Virus record (IMG/VR): IMGVR_UViG_3300033074_000984
DNA length: 64,000 nt
From: a virus
Lineage: Duplodnaviria; Caudoviricetes
Strand: one strand, 5' to 3'
A program made the translations under genes and the position numbers. Shown piece by piece: positions 7,902-17,815 of the stretch. Each line of letters begins with the position of its first letter. The first letter of the stretch is position 1. Below the pieces are notes generated by a model that saw only the letters and a list, made by a program, of their open reading frames with translations, searched no databases and was not told the DNA's origin.

Positions 7902-10415
7902 TTGATGTCATTTTTCTACACAGACGTGCGTGAGTGGAGCGGAAGACTTCTCGTGCGAGGCCACTCACGCGCCGGCAAGCGCGTTCACGAGCGAGTCAAC
8001 TTCGAGCCCTACTGCTTCGTTCGCACGTCCGTGCGCGAGCCCACCTCCTACACAGACATCCACGGCTCTCCGCTAAAGCGAATGGACTTTTCGTCCATTC
8101 GCGCTGCTCGGGACTTCATTCGATCTCGAGAGGGCGCTGCTGGTGGTGACGTGTACGGCATGACGAACTGGCCGTACCTGTACATCTATGAGGTGTCGGG
8201 CGGCGAGAGGATAGAGTACGAAGAGTCGCTCATCAGGATCGGCTTCATTGACATCGAGGTGATGGCCAAGAACGAGTTCCCTGACCCTCGAGACGCCAAC
8301 GCGCCCGTGGTGTCTCTCGTGCTGCGTCACGCTGGCATCTCTCACGCGTTCGGACTAAAGCAGTACAACGGCGCTGCCAGTGACGTTCGCTACTACGAGT
8401 GCGACTCAGAGGCAGAGCTCCTCTCAAAGTTCCTCATGCTCTGGCGCGACCTGGACCTCGACGTAGTGTCCGGGTGGCACATCGAGCTCTTCGACATGCC
8501 CTACCTCTATAACCGGATATCTCGCGTTCTCGGACAAGACCTCGCTGACAAGCTGAGCCCGTGGGGCATAGTGCGAGAGAAGCTGCACTCTGACGGTGGT
8601 CAGTACTTTGACTTCTTCGGGCTGTTCGTGGCTGACTTCCTTCCAATCTACAAGAAGTTCTCGTTCAGCAACCTGGACTCCTACAAGCTACAGAACGTAG
8701 CAGAGGAGGAGCTCAAGGACTCGAAGCTCTCGTTTGGTGAGCACAAGAGCTTTCGAGCGTTGTACGACAACGACTTCACCAAGTTCATAGACTACAACGA
8801 CCAAGACGCTCGGCTCGTAGAGCGTCTTGAGGACACTCTTGGCTTTATCAGTCTCATCTTGGCGAGAGCGTACCTCTCCAAGGTCAACTACCCAGACACT
8901 CTCGGAACCGTACGGCCGTGGGACGCGCTGATCCATGACTACCTCGCTAGTCGAGGCGTAGTCATACCTCCGCAGACGGAGCACGAGCTCACGAAGAAGC
9001 TCATCGGCGGGCACGTCAAGGAGGCGTCTCGTGGCTTGCACGAGTGGGTCGTCGGCTTCGACCTTCGATCACAGTACCCACACGTCATACGACAGTGGAA
9101 CGTGTCTCCAGAGACCAAAGCTGGTCGGGAGTCGCCGATACTTCGAGTAGAGGACAGCATAGCGCGTTACGTCTCTGGCGCTGTGCCAGAGGACCCAGGG
9201 CCGAACACGTGCACCGCAGCTAACGGCACGCGTTACCGTACAGACGTCGAGGGCTTCTTGGCAGCACTGATGCGACAGCTCTACGAGTCGCGTCAAGAGT
9301 TTCAAGGCAAGCTGAAGCTCGTCAAGCGTGAGATCGAGGACCTGGGTGACTCACAGGAGCGAAATCGCCAGAGGAGCAGGTACCACAACCTGCAACGAGC
9401 TCTCAAGGACACGCTCAACAGCGGTTACGGCGCGTTGGCTAACATCTATAACCGCTGGTTCGACTTCGACATGGCAGAGTCTATCACGTCGACTGGCCAG
9501 CTCGTCATTCGTACAGCTATCGCGACGGTGAACCGACTGATGAACCGCACCCTCGAGACAGAGGGCGTGGACTACGTGGTGGCTGCTGACACAGACTCCG
9601 TTTACGTCAACATGGGAGACGTACATAAGCGGTTCTTGTCCCACCTCTCTCGTGACGAGCAGGTGGCTGGCGTTCGCGGCTTCGCTAGAGACGTCGTGGC
9701 GAAGGCTTTCAAGAACGCGCTCGACGAGCTCGCAAAGCGAATGCGTTGTCAGAAGAACCTGATGGTCATGAACATGGAGACGCTCTCAGATCGTGCCATC
9801 TGGAAGGCCACGAAGCACTACATCCTCAACCTCGTCGAGGACGACGGCATCCTGCTTCACGAGCCGAAGCTGAAGATGAAGGGCATCGAGGCCATCAAGA
9901 GCTCGACACCAAAGATCGTTCGTGAGGCTATCAAGAGCGCGCTCAAGATCGTCATGCGAGGCACGCAAGACCAGCTGCAGACGTTCACTGACGAGTTCTG
10001 GACCAAGTTCTCGACGTCGCCGTTCGAAGAGGTGGCGTTTCCACGATCCGTGTCTGGCATGAGGAAGTACGGCACGGAGAGCACGGTGTACAAGAAGGGC
10101 ACGCCGATCCAAGTGAAGGGCGCCTTGCTGTACAACTACCTGCTTAAGAAGCACGGCATCGACGGAGAGTACCCGCTCGTTCACGACTCTGACAAGATCA
10201 GGTTCTGCTATCTCAAGACGCCGAACCCGATACAGAGCAACGTGCTAGCCTGCACTCACAACCTTCCAGCCGAGTTCGGCATGGATGAGTACCTCGACCG
10301 CGAGACGCAGTTCGACAAGGCCTATCTCGAGCCGTTGAGAACCGTCACAGAGAGCATCGGTTGGAGACTTCAGTCTAGCGACGAGATCGACGTCGAGAGC
10401 GCCTTGTTTGGATAG
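7902..10415 (+). CDS. 43: Family B DNA polymerase (T4 gp43-like)
   Basis: ExoI FIDIE, ExoIII YNDQD, motif A FDLRSQYP, motif B KDTLNSGYG, motif C ADTDS, KMKGIEAIKSSTP, C-terminal clamp-binding-like SALFG. Confidence 0.97.
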   Translation: MMSFFYTDVREWSGRLLVRGHSRAGKRVHERVNFEPYCFVRTSVREPTSYTDIHGSPLKRMDFSSIRAARDFIRSREGAAGGDVYGMTNWPYLYIYEVSGGERIEYEESLIRIGFIDIEVMAKNEFPDPRDANAPVVSLVLRHAGISHAFGLKQYNGAASDVRYYECDSEAELLSKFLMLWRDLDLDVVSGWHIELFDMPYLYNRISRVLGQDLADKLSPWGIVREKLHSDGGQYFDFFGLFVADFLPIYKKFSFSNLDSYKLQNVAEEELKDSKLSFGEHKSFRALYDNDFTKFIDYNDQDARLVERLEDTLGFISLILARAYLSKVNYPDTLGTVRPWDALIHDYLASRGVVIPPQTEHELTKKLIGGHVKEASRGLHEWVVGFDLRSQYPHVIRQWNVSPETKAGRESPILRVEDSIARYVSGAVPEDPGPNTCTAANGTRYRTDVEGFLAALMRQLYESRQEFQGKLKLVKREIEDLGDSQERNRQRSRYHNLQRALKDTLNSGYGALANIYNRWFDFDMAESITSTGQLVIRTAIATVNRLMNRTLETEGVDYVVAADTDSVYVNMGDVHKRFLSHLSRDEQVAGVRGFARDVVAKAFKNALDELAKRMRCQKNLMVMNMETLSDRAIWKATKHYILNLVEDDGILLHEPKLKMKGIEAIKSSTPKIVREAIKSALKIVMRGTQDQLQTFTDEFWTKFSTSPFEEVAFPRSVSGMRKYGTESTVYKKGTPIQVKGALLYNYLLKKHGIDGEYPLVHDSDKIRFCYLKTPNPIQSNVLACTHNLPAEFGMDEYLDRETQFDKAYLEPLRTVTESIGWRLQSSDEIDVESALFG

Positions 10416-10423
10416 GAGAAGAC

Positions 10424-10705
10424 ATGCGATTCATCAAGCCGCCGATAGAGACGGTGCGTATGGGCAGTGGACACGTGGAGAAGTCATGGCCGATTAACCT
10501 TGACCTCTGCCTCTTCATCAAGAAGTCCCATGTCACTCACTATCCACAGATAGTCTTCTACACAATAAAGTTCGAGTTTGAGGAGAAGACCCTCGAGTGG
10601 TTCTTCGTCTCTGAGTGCGACAGAGACCAGACATTCAGTGACTTGTGTGACATTATGGAGAGAGTAAGTGACGAGAACCTATGCCCTAAGGGTCTTCATT
10701 CGTGA
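10424..10705 (+). CDS. Hypothetical protein
   Basis: SD AGGAG. Confidence 0.5.
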   Translation: MRFIKPPIETVRMGSGHVEKSWPINLDLCLFIKKSHVTHYPQIVFYTIKFEFEEKTLEWFFVSECDRDQTFSDLCDIMERVSDENLCPKGLHS

Positions 10706-10994
10706 AGGCAGCGACGAGTTCTGGGACAAGATCAGGGAAGAGGGCAAGACGGGTTGCGACGACGTCCTCAAAGAGGTCCGCGAAACGCTCGCGGACCGAG
10801 GCTTCATGCCCGAGCTTGGAACAGAGGTCGAACTCGTCGGCTTCAGAGAAGAGTAAGCGAGTCTGGAGATCTGACGAGATGGACTGGCGCGAGGTGCCTA
10901 GCAACGCTCGCGCTGGTGACGTCTTCCCTGACCCTGTAACAGGTGACCAGATCAAGCTCACTAGCGAGACGCACTACACTATAAAGAGGAAGAG

Positions 10995-11495
10995 ATGAGG
11001 TTTTGGATAGACACTGAGTTTATCGAAGACGGTAGAACCATCGACCTGTTGTCTATCGGGGTCGTCGCTGAGGACAATCGAGAGTACTACGCAGAGCTCG
11101 AGGAGTGTGATCGGTCTCGGGCTAGTCCCTGGGTTGTCGAGAACGTCTTTCCACAGCTCAACGGAGCTCTAAAGCCACGGGTCATCGTGCGCGAAGAGCT
11201 CTTCGAGTTCTTCGGAGGGTCTCCTAAGATCTGGGGCTACAACTCTGCATACGACTGGGTCGCTCTCTGCCAGCTCTGGGGTCGCATGGTAGACCTTCCC
11301 TACGGCTACCCTTGGCACTGTAGAGACATTCGGCAGCTAGCAGCCTCACTAGGAGTGGGCGTCAAGGGGCACGTGCCGCGTAACGACAAGGTCCACAACG
11401 CTCTAGACGACGCTCGCTGGGTAAGAGACACCTGGAATGCGCTGTCCCTACTCGAGAAATCTAGCGTCTCAGCGAGAACAGCGGCGTTGCGTTGA
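10995..11495 (+). CDS. DEDDh 3'-5' exonuclease (RNase AS/DexA-like)
   Basis: WIDTEFIEDG..AYDW..HNALDDA. Confidence 0.85.
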   Translation: MRFWIDTEFIEDGRTIDLLSIGVVAEDNREYYAELEECDRSRASPWVVENVFPQLNGALKPRVIVREELFEFFGGSPKIWGYNSAYDWVALCQLWGRMVDLPYGYPWHCRDIRQLAASLGVGVKGHVPRNDKVHNALDDARWVRDTWNALSLLEKSSVSARTAALR

Positions 11496-11541
11496 GTCGC
11501 TGCCGGTGATACTATATCTGTCCTAGAAACAAGGAGACCTG

Positions 11542-12684
11542 ATGGCCGACCATCCCTTCAAGTCGCTGACCAAAGCGGTCGGCGGCTCTGTCGTCTCTGC
11601 CGGCAAGTCGTCGGCAGAGTTCTCGAGCTACATCGATACCGGAAGCTACATACTGAACGGCTTGTTCAGCGGCAAGCTTCGTGGTGGGGGCTGGCCGGAC
11701 AACAAGGTGCTCGCCCTGGCCGGAGAGAGCACTACCGGCAAGACCTTCTTCATGTTCGGCGTAGCGAAGTGCTTTCAAGACAAGGACCCCACCGCCGGAT
11801 TCATGCTCTTCGACACCGAGGCAGCTACTACTAGCGCTATGATGCGCGATCGCGGCATGGACGCTGATCGAGTGATCATCAAGGAGCCGCTAACTGTACA
11901 AGACTTCCGTACAGACGCCATGCGATTCCTCGACGCGTACCTGGCCATTCCGCCAGCCAAGCGCCCGCCGTTCATGATGGGCCTCGACTCTCTCGGTGCC
12001 CTGTCCACCGCTAAAGAGGTGGCTGACATCGGCGAGGGCAACGACGTCCGCGACATGACTAGGCAGCAGCTCCTGCGAGGGGCGTTTAGGACGCTCAGGC
12101 TGAAGCTCTCTGCAGCCCATGTCCCGATGATCGTCACCAACCACACCTACGCAGGCATCGGCCCATACGCTGGCCAGGAGATGTCTGGCGGCGGCGGGCT
12201 CAAGTTTGCGGCAGACGCCATCGCGTTCCTCTCCAAGAAAAAGTACAAGGAGGGGGAGGAGGTCGTCGGCAACGTCATCCACGTCACCATGAAGAAGTCT
12301 CGCGTGTCTCAGGAGAACCGTCGAGTCGACGTGCTCCTCACGTATCGCGACGGCCTTGACCGGTACTACGGGCTGTTTGATCTCGGCAAGAAGTACGGCG
12401 TCTTCACGAAGGCTCTGGACGAGAACGGAAAGTCGTTGACCAAGAACCGAGCTCCCCTGTGGCTCGTCGCTGGAACCGACGAGCGCTATACGGAGCGAGA
12501 GATCTACAAACGACCCGTAGAGGTGTTCAAGGACGCGGTCATGGACCTTCTGGAGGTCGCAGCCGACAACGAGTTCACGTACGGCGCCGGCGAGATCGAC
12601 GCGATGACGGCTGATCTCGAGTCAGAGGTCGAAGACGTGCATGGAGAGTTAGAGCTCTTACAGGAGGGAGGGGACGGGGAATGA
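11542..12684 (+). CDS. uvsX: UvsX RecA-like recombinase
   Basis: IDTGSYILN, Walker A GESTTGKT, DSLGAL, DMTR, VTNH, SGGGG; promoter TTGCGT-17-TACTAT upstream. Confidence 0.95.
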   Translation: MADHPFKSLTKAVGGSVVSAGKSSAEFSSYIDTGSYILNGLFSGKLRGGGWPDNKVLALAGESTTGKTFFMFGVAKCFQDKDPTAGFMLFDTEAATTSAMMRDRGMDADRVIIKEPLTVQDFRTDAMRFLDAYLAIPPAKRPPFMMGLDSLGALSTAKEVADIGEGNDVRDMTRQQLLRGAFRTLRLKLSAAHVPMIVTNHTYAGIGPYAGQEMSGGGGLKFAADAIAFLSKKKYKEGEEVVGNVIHVTMKKSRVSQENRRVDVLLTYRDGLDRYYGLFDLGKKYGVFTKALDENGKSLTKNRAPLWLVAGTDERYTEREIYKRPVEVFKDAVMDLLEVAADNEFTYGAGEIDAMTADLESEVEDVHGELELLQEGGDGE

Positions 12685-13148
12685 GCGACGACGATGTAAG
12701 GCTCTCCAATCTGGGCACGTTCGCTCTTTCCCATGGCGCTACGGTACATGACCTCCCCGAGCCGTTCACACTGCCCGCGACGATGTCTGGGAGCTTTCAA
12801 CAGAGATGCATGGCTTGGGGTCGAGCGAGCTTTAACGACACAACGGCGTTTGACAGGACCGAGCGAGCGGAGCGCTTCATCGAAGAGGCGATAGAGCTCG
12901 TTCAAGCTATGGGGCTGACGCGGGAGGCGGTGGCGGCAGCAGTCAAGTACGTCTACGGGCGCCCGGTGGGCCAGCTTCATCAGGAGCTGGGCGGCGTGAT
13001 GGTCTGTCTCGGCCTCCTCTCAGAGTCTCAGGGACTCGACATGCTGACAGAGGCGGAGAGAGAGCTAGGCAGGTGTGTTCAGATGGTCGAGAAGATTCGA
13101 GTGAAGCACCGTATGAAGCCAAGGTTCAGCGACGCTGATGAGGTCTGA
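12681..13148 (+). CDS. MazG-like all-alpha NTP pyrophosphohydrolase
   Basis: ERAERFIEEAIEL...QELGGV EExxE pattern; lies between uvsX and the helicase. Confidence 0.6.
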   Translation: MSDDDVRLSNLGTFALSHGATVHDLPEPFTLPATMSGSFQQRCMAWGRASFNDTTAFDRTERAERFIEEAIELVQAMGLTREAVAAAVKYVYGRPVGQLHQELGGVMVCLGLLSESQGLDMLTEAERELGRCVQMVEKIRVKHRMKPRFSDADEV

Positions 13149-14517
13149 AACTGCTATCCTCGAGGCGGTAGTCAAGAACGAGGAGCTCGCCCGCAAGATA
13201 CTCCCATACTTGAAGCCGGAGTACTTCAGCGACCGAGCTGACGAGCTCGTTTTTAGGCTGGTATCCGCCTTTCATGCGAAGTACCATCGTGCGCCAACGC
13301 TCGCAGCCTCGCTCGTAAACCTCGGCAACCTGCGAGAGGTGCCGAGCGAGGACGTTTACAAGCGCGCTCATGACCTCGTTCAAGAGATCTTTGAAGACAG
13401 AGAGCCGAACGACTCGGACTGGGTCGTAGAGGAGGCCGAGAGGTTCTGCCAAGACAGAGCCCTACGAAACGCAATCATAGCCAGCGCGCGTATCCTGGAG
13501 GAGGGGCCGCGCTCCAAGACGCCTAAGACGGCTATACCGCAGCTGGTAAGAGACGCGCTCGGCGTCAACTTCGACGCGCGGGTCGGACACGACTATCTCG
13601 AGGACTCTGACGACCGATGGGGCTGGTACACCAGCCCACAGAACAAGATACCGTTCAGACTGTCGTACTTCAACAAGATCACTAACGGCGGTGTTCGGCG
13701 TAAGAGCTTCAACGTGCTCATGGGAGGCACCGGTGTCGGTAAGAGCCTCGCTCTGTGCTCTCTGGCAGCAGACTACGCGCTCGACGGCCTCAACGTGCTC
13801 TACATCACCCTAGAGCTCTCTGAGGAGCAGGTGGCGGAGAGGATCGACGCCAACCTCCTAGACGTCTCTGTCGAGCACGTACGAGAGATGCGGGAGGCCG
13901 ACTTTCGACGTAAGATCGGCGCGCTCCGAGAGCGTACCGGAATGGGACGAATACTCATTCACGAGTACCCAACTGCTGGAGCTGGCGCCGGTCAGTTTCG
14001 GTACCTGTACGACGAGCTTGCAGAGAAGAAGGGATTCGTCCCGACAGTCACCATCGTTGACCAGCTAACGAATTGCCAGTCGAGTCGCATCGGCTTGAGC
14101 GCCGGCAGCTACTCGTACGTCAAGGCCGTCGGCGAGGAGCTTCGCGGCCTAGCTTTCGAGCGGAACCAGGCAATGTGGAGCGTGACGCAGCTCAACAGAG
14201 AGGGCCTTAAAGACTCAGACCCCAACATGGGGCAGACGTCAGAGTCCATCGCGACGGCGTTCACGGCTGACCTGATGCTCATCATGAGTGCGTCTGAGGA
14301 GATGATCAAGCTCAACCAGGCGATGATCAAGCAGACCACGAAGAACCGATACGGAAGCACCACTCGCATCCCTAGGTTCGTCGTGGGCTGTGACCGAGAT
14401 CGTCAGCGCCTCTTTAACGTCGAGGAGACGGCCCAGACGCTGATAGACACCTCCTCTCCAGGAACAGAGCATGGCAAGCCTGTGTTAAACAAGAAGTCTT
14501 TTGACGACTTCTTCTAA
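13138..14517 (+). CDS. 41: Replicative DNA helicase (gp41)
   Basis: VGHDY, GGTGVGKS, YITLE, RIDANL, EYPT, EELRGLA, TQLNR, KNRYG. Confidence 0.95.
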   Translation: MRSETAILEAVVKNEELARKILPYLKPEYFSDRADELVFRLVSAFHAKYHRAPTLAASLVNLGNLREVPSEDVYKRAHDLVQEIFEDREPNDSDWVVEEAERFCQDRALRNAIIASARILEEGPRSKTPKTAIPQLVRDALGVNFDARVGHDYLEDSDDRWGWYTSPQNKIPFRLSYFNKITNGGVRRKSFNVLMGGTGVGKSLALCSLAADYALDGLNVLYITLELSEEQVAERIDANLLDVSVEHVREMREADFRRKIGALRERTGMGRILIHEYPTAGAGAGQFRYLYDELAEKKGFVPTVTIVDQLTNCQSSRIGLSAGSYSYVKAVGEELRGLAFERNQAMWSVTQLNREGLKDSDPNMGQTSESIATAFTADLMLIMSASEEMIKLNQAMIKQTTKNRYGSTTRIPRFVVGCDRDRQRLFNVEETAQTLIDTSSPGTEHGKPVLNKKSFDDFF

Positions 14518-14573
14518 AGAGGGTTGATCCTTCTCCTCCTCTGTGATATCATTCTCTCACAAGAGGATTGCAC

Positions 14574-14738
14574 ATGGCTAAAAGAGTAATTACTCGATTC
14601 ATCTACCCTCCGATCCCAATACGAACGATGGACTGGATAGCCTACTATGACGGCGAAGAAGAGACCCAAAACAACGGCTACGGCCGTACGGAGGAAGACG
14701 CCGTTCGCGACCTCGTCGAGAGCTTCCCGGACGACTAA
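14574..14738 (+). CDS. Small hypothetical protein (54 aa, missing from the ORF track)
   Basis: MAKRVITRFIYPPIPIRTMDWIAYYDGEE...GYGRTEEDAVRDL; SD GAGGA; promoter TTGATC-17-TATCAT. Confidence 0.7.
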   Translation: MAKRVITRFIYPPIPIRTMDWIAYYDGEEETQNNGYGRTEEDAVRDLVESFPDD

Positions 14739-15312
14739 GACGCTTCACGCCTTCGACCTCGATCACACGCTCGTCGACCACGACGAGAACAAGCCGCTCA
14801 TGGTAAACGTTCTCAACATGAGCGGTGAGGTGGTGGCTCGAATGACCTTCTTCGAACTCACACAAAGAGAGGAGTTCAGGCGACTACACACCTTCGACTG
14901 GAGCGAGTGGACCAGCGCTGCGAAGTTCGCCGACAGCGCTCTCCCTAACGGGAGGGTCCTACGACGCTTCAGGTCAGCCTTACAAGACGGCCATGACACG
15001 GTCATCGTCACTGCTAGAAGTGACATGGACTGCAGGCTCACGTTTGCTAGAGCTCTCAGGCGCTTCGGCATCGACTTCATAAAGACGCACGTGTATCGAG
15101 TCGGCTCGATTCGCAGCTCCGGCACGACAAGCGCAGCTCGCAAGGCGATCGTGATGACTCGTCTGATTCGTGAGAAGGGCTACTCTGTGGTGCACTTTTA
15201 TGACGACGACAAGCGAAACCTTGAAGCGATCCGGCGTCTGAGGTTTCGATTCCCTCGAGTGCGCTTTCACCTCTTCCTTGTCGAGGAGGGCAGGCTACGT
15301 AAGTACTCCTAA
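14647..15312 (+). CDS. HAD-family phosphatase (PNK/RNA-repair-like); start uncertain
   Basis: FDLDHTL, VTAR, K, FYDDD HAD motifs I-IV. Confidence 0.75.
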   Translation: MTAKKRPKTTATAVRRKTPFATSSRASRTTKTLHAFDLDHTLVDHDENKPLMVNVLNMSGEVVARMTFFELTQREEFRRLHTFDWSEWTSAAKFADSALPNGRVLRRFRSALQDGHDTVIVTARSDMDCRLTFARALRRFGIDFIKTHVYRVGSIRSSGTTSAARKAIVMTRLIREKGYSVVHFYDDDKRNLEAIRRLRFRFPRVRFHLFLVEEGRLRKYS

Positions 15313-15318
15313 TAAATA
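15312..15318 (+). promoter_or_regulatory. Late promoter ATAAATA
   Basis: Precedes the late gene cluster. Confidence 0.65.
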
Positions 15319-15385
15319 AGAGCCGAGAGGTTCTCGAGACGGGCGTCGCGCACCTCAGTGCCGGCGCCCTCACTGTTTCTGGCAC

Positions 15386-16447
15386 ATGGAAAAGCACGCC
15401 GTCATCACGTTTGGAAGGTTCTCACCGGTACACAGCGGACACGCTCGAGCTGTGGGCGAGATCGGTAGAGTCGCTAAGTCCGTCGGCGGCACGCCCATGC
15501 TGTTCGCCAGCCACACTAGAGACAAGAAGAAGAACCCTCTAGACTATGACGACAAGGTAGGGTACCTTCAGAAGGCTTTTGGTGGCGTAGTGAAGCGTCT
15601 TCCTAAAGAGGAGAGCACCCTCATTGGGGTGCTCAAGCACGTCAACAAGACACACGACCATCTACACGTCGTCGCAGGCACTGACCGACACCAAAGGTAC
15701 AAAGACCTCATAGACAAGTATAACGGCAAAGACTTTCACTTCAAGTCGGTGACCATGCACGAGGTTCCGCGATCTGAGAGCGCCATGAGCGCTACAAAGA
15801 TGCGCGCTCACGCTGCGTCTGGAGACATAGCGTCTTTCAAGAAGGGTCTTCCGAGTAAGCTTCGTGGTGACGCTGAAGAGATCTTTAATAAGACCAGACA
15901 CGGCATGGGCCTGCACGAGTCGTTCGACTCGACTGTTCTTCGAGCCACGAACAACATGGACCTGCTCCTCATATCTGGGCTAGCTGACAAGAACGAGCTC
16001 TCTATGTACCGAGCCGTCCTGAGAGACCCGAACCTGGCCAGCTACGACACGCAGTACAGACCGATGCTCATGCGCATGTTCGTCGCTTTTAGAGACGCGG
16101 TGTTCTTGTCTCGTGACATCTACGACCGAGTCAGGTATGACCTGATTCATGATCCGGTGCGATACAGCGGCTGGAAGGCAGACCAACTCGTTCCCGTAAC
16201 TGAGGGCATCTCGGACTCCTCGATAGACTACCTCCTCAAGCTCGGACTCGGTGAGCCGCAGTTCTTGACGATAGACCGACGAGTGATATCTGCACCGTCT
16301 GGAGCTCTTCGTGACGTGCTTCTTAGGCGACGCTTGATAAGCATCTTTAAGAAGCTCCGTAACCTGATCGTCCGGGACGACTACATCTTTCATCGAGTAA
16401 GAGCCAGGCTCTCTGGGCGCGGTAATATAGCAGAAGAGAATCGATAA
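15386..16447 (+). CDS. HxGH cytidylyltransferase-like protein with C-terminal extension
   Basis: TFGRFSPVHSGH, KNPL, VAGTDR, MSATKMR; this family is conserved in T4-like phages. Confidence 0.85.
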   Translation: MEKHAVITFGRFSPVHSGHARAVGEIGRVAKSVGGTPMLFASHTRDKKKNPLDYDDKVGYLQKAFGGVVKRLPKEESTLIGVLKHVNKTHDHLHVVAGTDRHQRYKDLIDKYNGKDFHFKSVTMHEVPRSESAMSATKMRAHAASGDIASFKKGLPSKLRGDAEEIFNKTRHGMGLHESFDSTVLRATNNMDLLLISGLADKNELSMYRAVLRDPNLASYDTQYRPMLMRMFVAFRDAVFLSRDIYDRVRYDLIHDPVRYSGWKADQLVPVTEGISDSSIDYLLKLGLGEPQFLTIDRRVISAPSGALRDVLLRRRLISIFKKLRNLIVRDDYIFHRVRARLSGRGNIAEENR

Positions 16448-16457
16448 ATAGGAACAA

Positions 16458-17063
16458 ATGAGCACGCATCGATACGAAACGCCCGGAGAGACGGCTAGAA
16501 GGCTTCTCGCTCGGCACTCTCACAGCGAAGTCGCACTAAGCGAGTCCGCACCGCCGGTCGTCGACCCACAAGACATGGAGTCTGTGGAGAAGTCGATCTC
16601 GCACCACAGAGCGTTGCACGCGTCACACTTTGAGCACGCTCGTCAGGCAGAGCAGACGGCTCTTCAGAACCTCAAGGACGGCAACACTGAGGCGGCTGAG
16701 TACTGGATACGTGAGCACAAGAAGCACTCGGAGCTGTCTACCCATCACGGAAACATAGCAGACGCTGGCAGTCGAGCGGTTGAAGCGACCACTGCTCCCA
16801 TAGTTCCGGACCAGCCCATCGTGACTCATGAAGAGGCCGCTCCAGAACCCTCTTCAGAGCCTGTAATTGAAGAGCGCTCGCGTGCCACGAAGTCGGTCGT
16901 TGGCAGAGCCATGATAGCGAGCTCTAAGAAGAGAGCTACGTGCGAGGGGGCGGATCCACGTGCGGCTCGCAGGCAAAAGATCGTAGAAGACGCGGTGAAC
17001 GCCTGGCTACGCAGGTGCAGCCCCGTAACTCATGCGAAGCTTAACGGAGGCAAGAATGCGTAA
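16458..17063 (+). CDS. His-rich hypothetical late protein
   Basis: ATAAATA at 16444-16450 upstream. Confidence 0.6.
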   Translation: MSTHRYETPGETARRLLARHSHSEVALSESAPPVVDPQDMESVEKSISHHRALHASHFEHARQAEQTALQNLKDGNTEAAEYWIREHKKHSELSTHHGNIADAGSRAVEATTAPIVPDQPIVTHEEAAPEPSSEPVIEERSRATKSVVGRAMIASSKKRATCEGADPRAARRQKIVEDAVNAWLRRCSPVTHAKLNGGKNA

Positions 17064-17814
17064 GCTGCGAGAGGGCATCGACGACGCGGTCATGCACCTC
17101 GGTAACGAGGTCGCTAAGAAGGTGATCGATGACATCAAGAACGTGCTCATTGCGGCGTCAGAGGATGACGCTCCAGAAGACATACTCACCGCTATAGAGA
17201 ACATCATCAGCGGTGGAGAGGACGGCTCTGAAGACGGTGGCGACTTCGGCTCTGACGATGGCTCTGAAGACGACGAAGGCGCCGACGAAGACCAGGATCA
17301 TGAGGAGCCTGACGGAGACGAAGACGGAGAGGCTCCGTCCGACGGCGACGAGGACGATGAAGACGGAGACGACCAAGACGATGAATACGGCGACTCCGAG
17401 GACGATGAAGACGGAGACGATGAAGACTCTGAGGACGACGGCTCCGAGGACGATGAAGACGAGATAGACGACGAAGGCGACAACGTCAAGAAGAAGAAAA
17501 AGAAGAAGAAGAGCGATAACGGCGAGATCAACCTCTCGCCGTCTATCTCGAACTCGCGATTCCAAGAGAACGTCAACGCCTTGTTGGCGAGAGCTAGAGG
17601 CGTGATCCGCCTCTCTGAGGGAGACATTGACGGAGACAACAAGAGCCTCGTCAAGCCAAAGAACCCCGGTAAGTCGGTTCAGAAGCGAGGCGGGTCTCTC
17701 TCAAACAGGTCAAGGATCAACTCGAGTCGAGTCGCGGGGTCTGGAGGATCAAGCGGACTCAGTGAGTCTGTAGCGGCTATCAAGAAGAACATACTCAAGG
17801 CCAGGAGGGACTAA
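17056..17814 (+). CDS. Highly acidic low-complexity protein with poly-Lys tract (possible head core/scaffold)
   Basis: Long D/E tract with GAGGACGATGAAGAC repeats followed by K8; SD GGAGG. Confidence 0.65.
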   Translation: MRKLREGIDDAVMHLGNEVAKKVIDDIKNVLIAASEDDAPEDILTAIENIISGGEDGSEDGGDFGSDDGSEDDEGADEDQDHEEPDGDEDGEAPSDGDEDDEDGDDQDDEYGDSEDDEDGDDEDSEDDGSEDDEDEIDDEGDNVKKKKKKKKSDNGEINLSPSISNSRFQENVNALLARARGVIRLSEGDIDGDNKSLVKPKNPGKSVQKRGGSLSNRSRINSSRVAGSGGSSGLSESVAAIKKNILKARRD

Positions 17815-17815
17815 C

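Noticed and set aside
17220-17470. Short tandem repeats as a possible CRISPR array or VNTR element
   Set aside because: In-frame, degenerate repeats encoding the D/E tract; no constant repeat-spacer period and no cas genes
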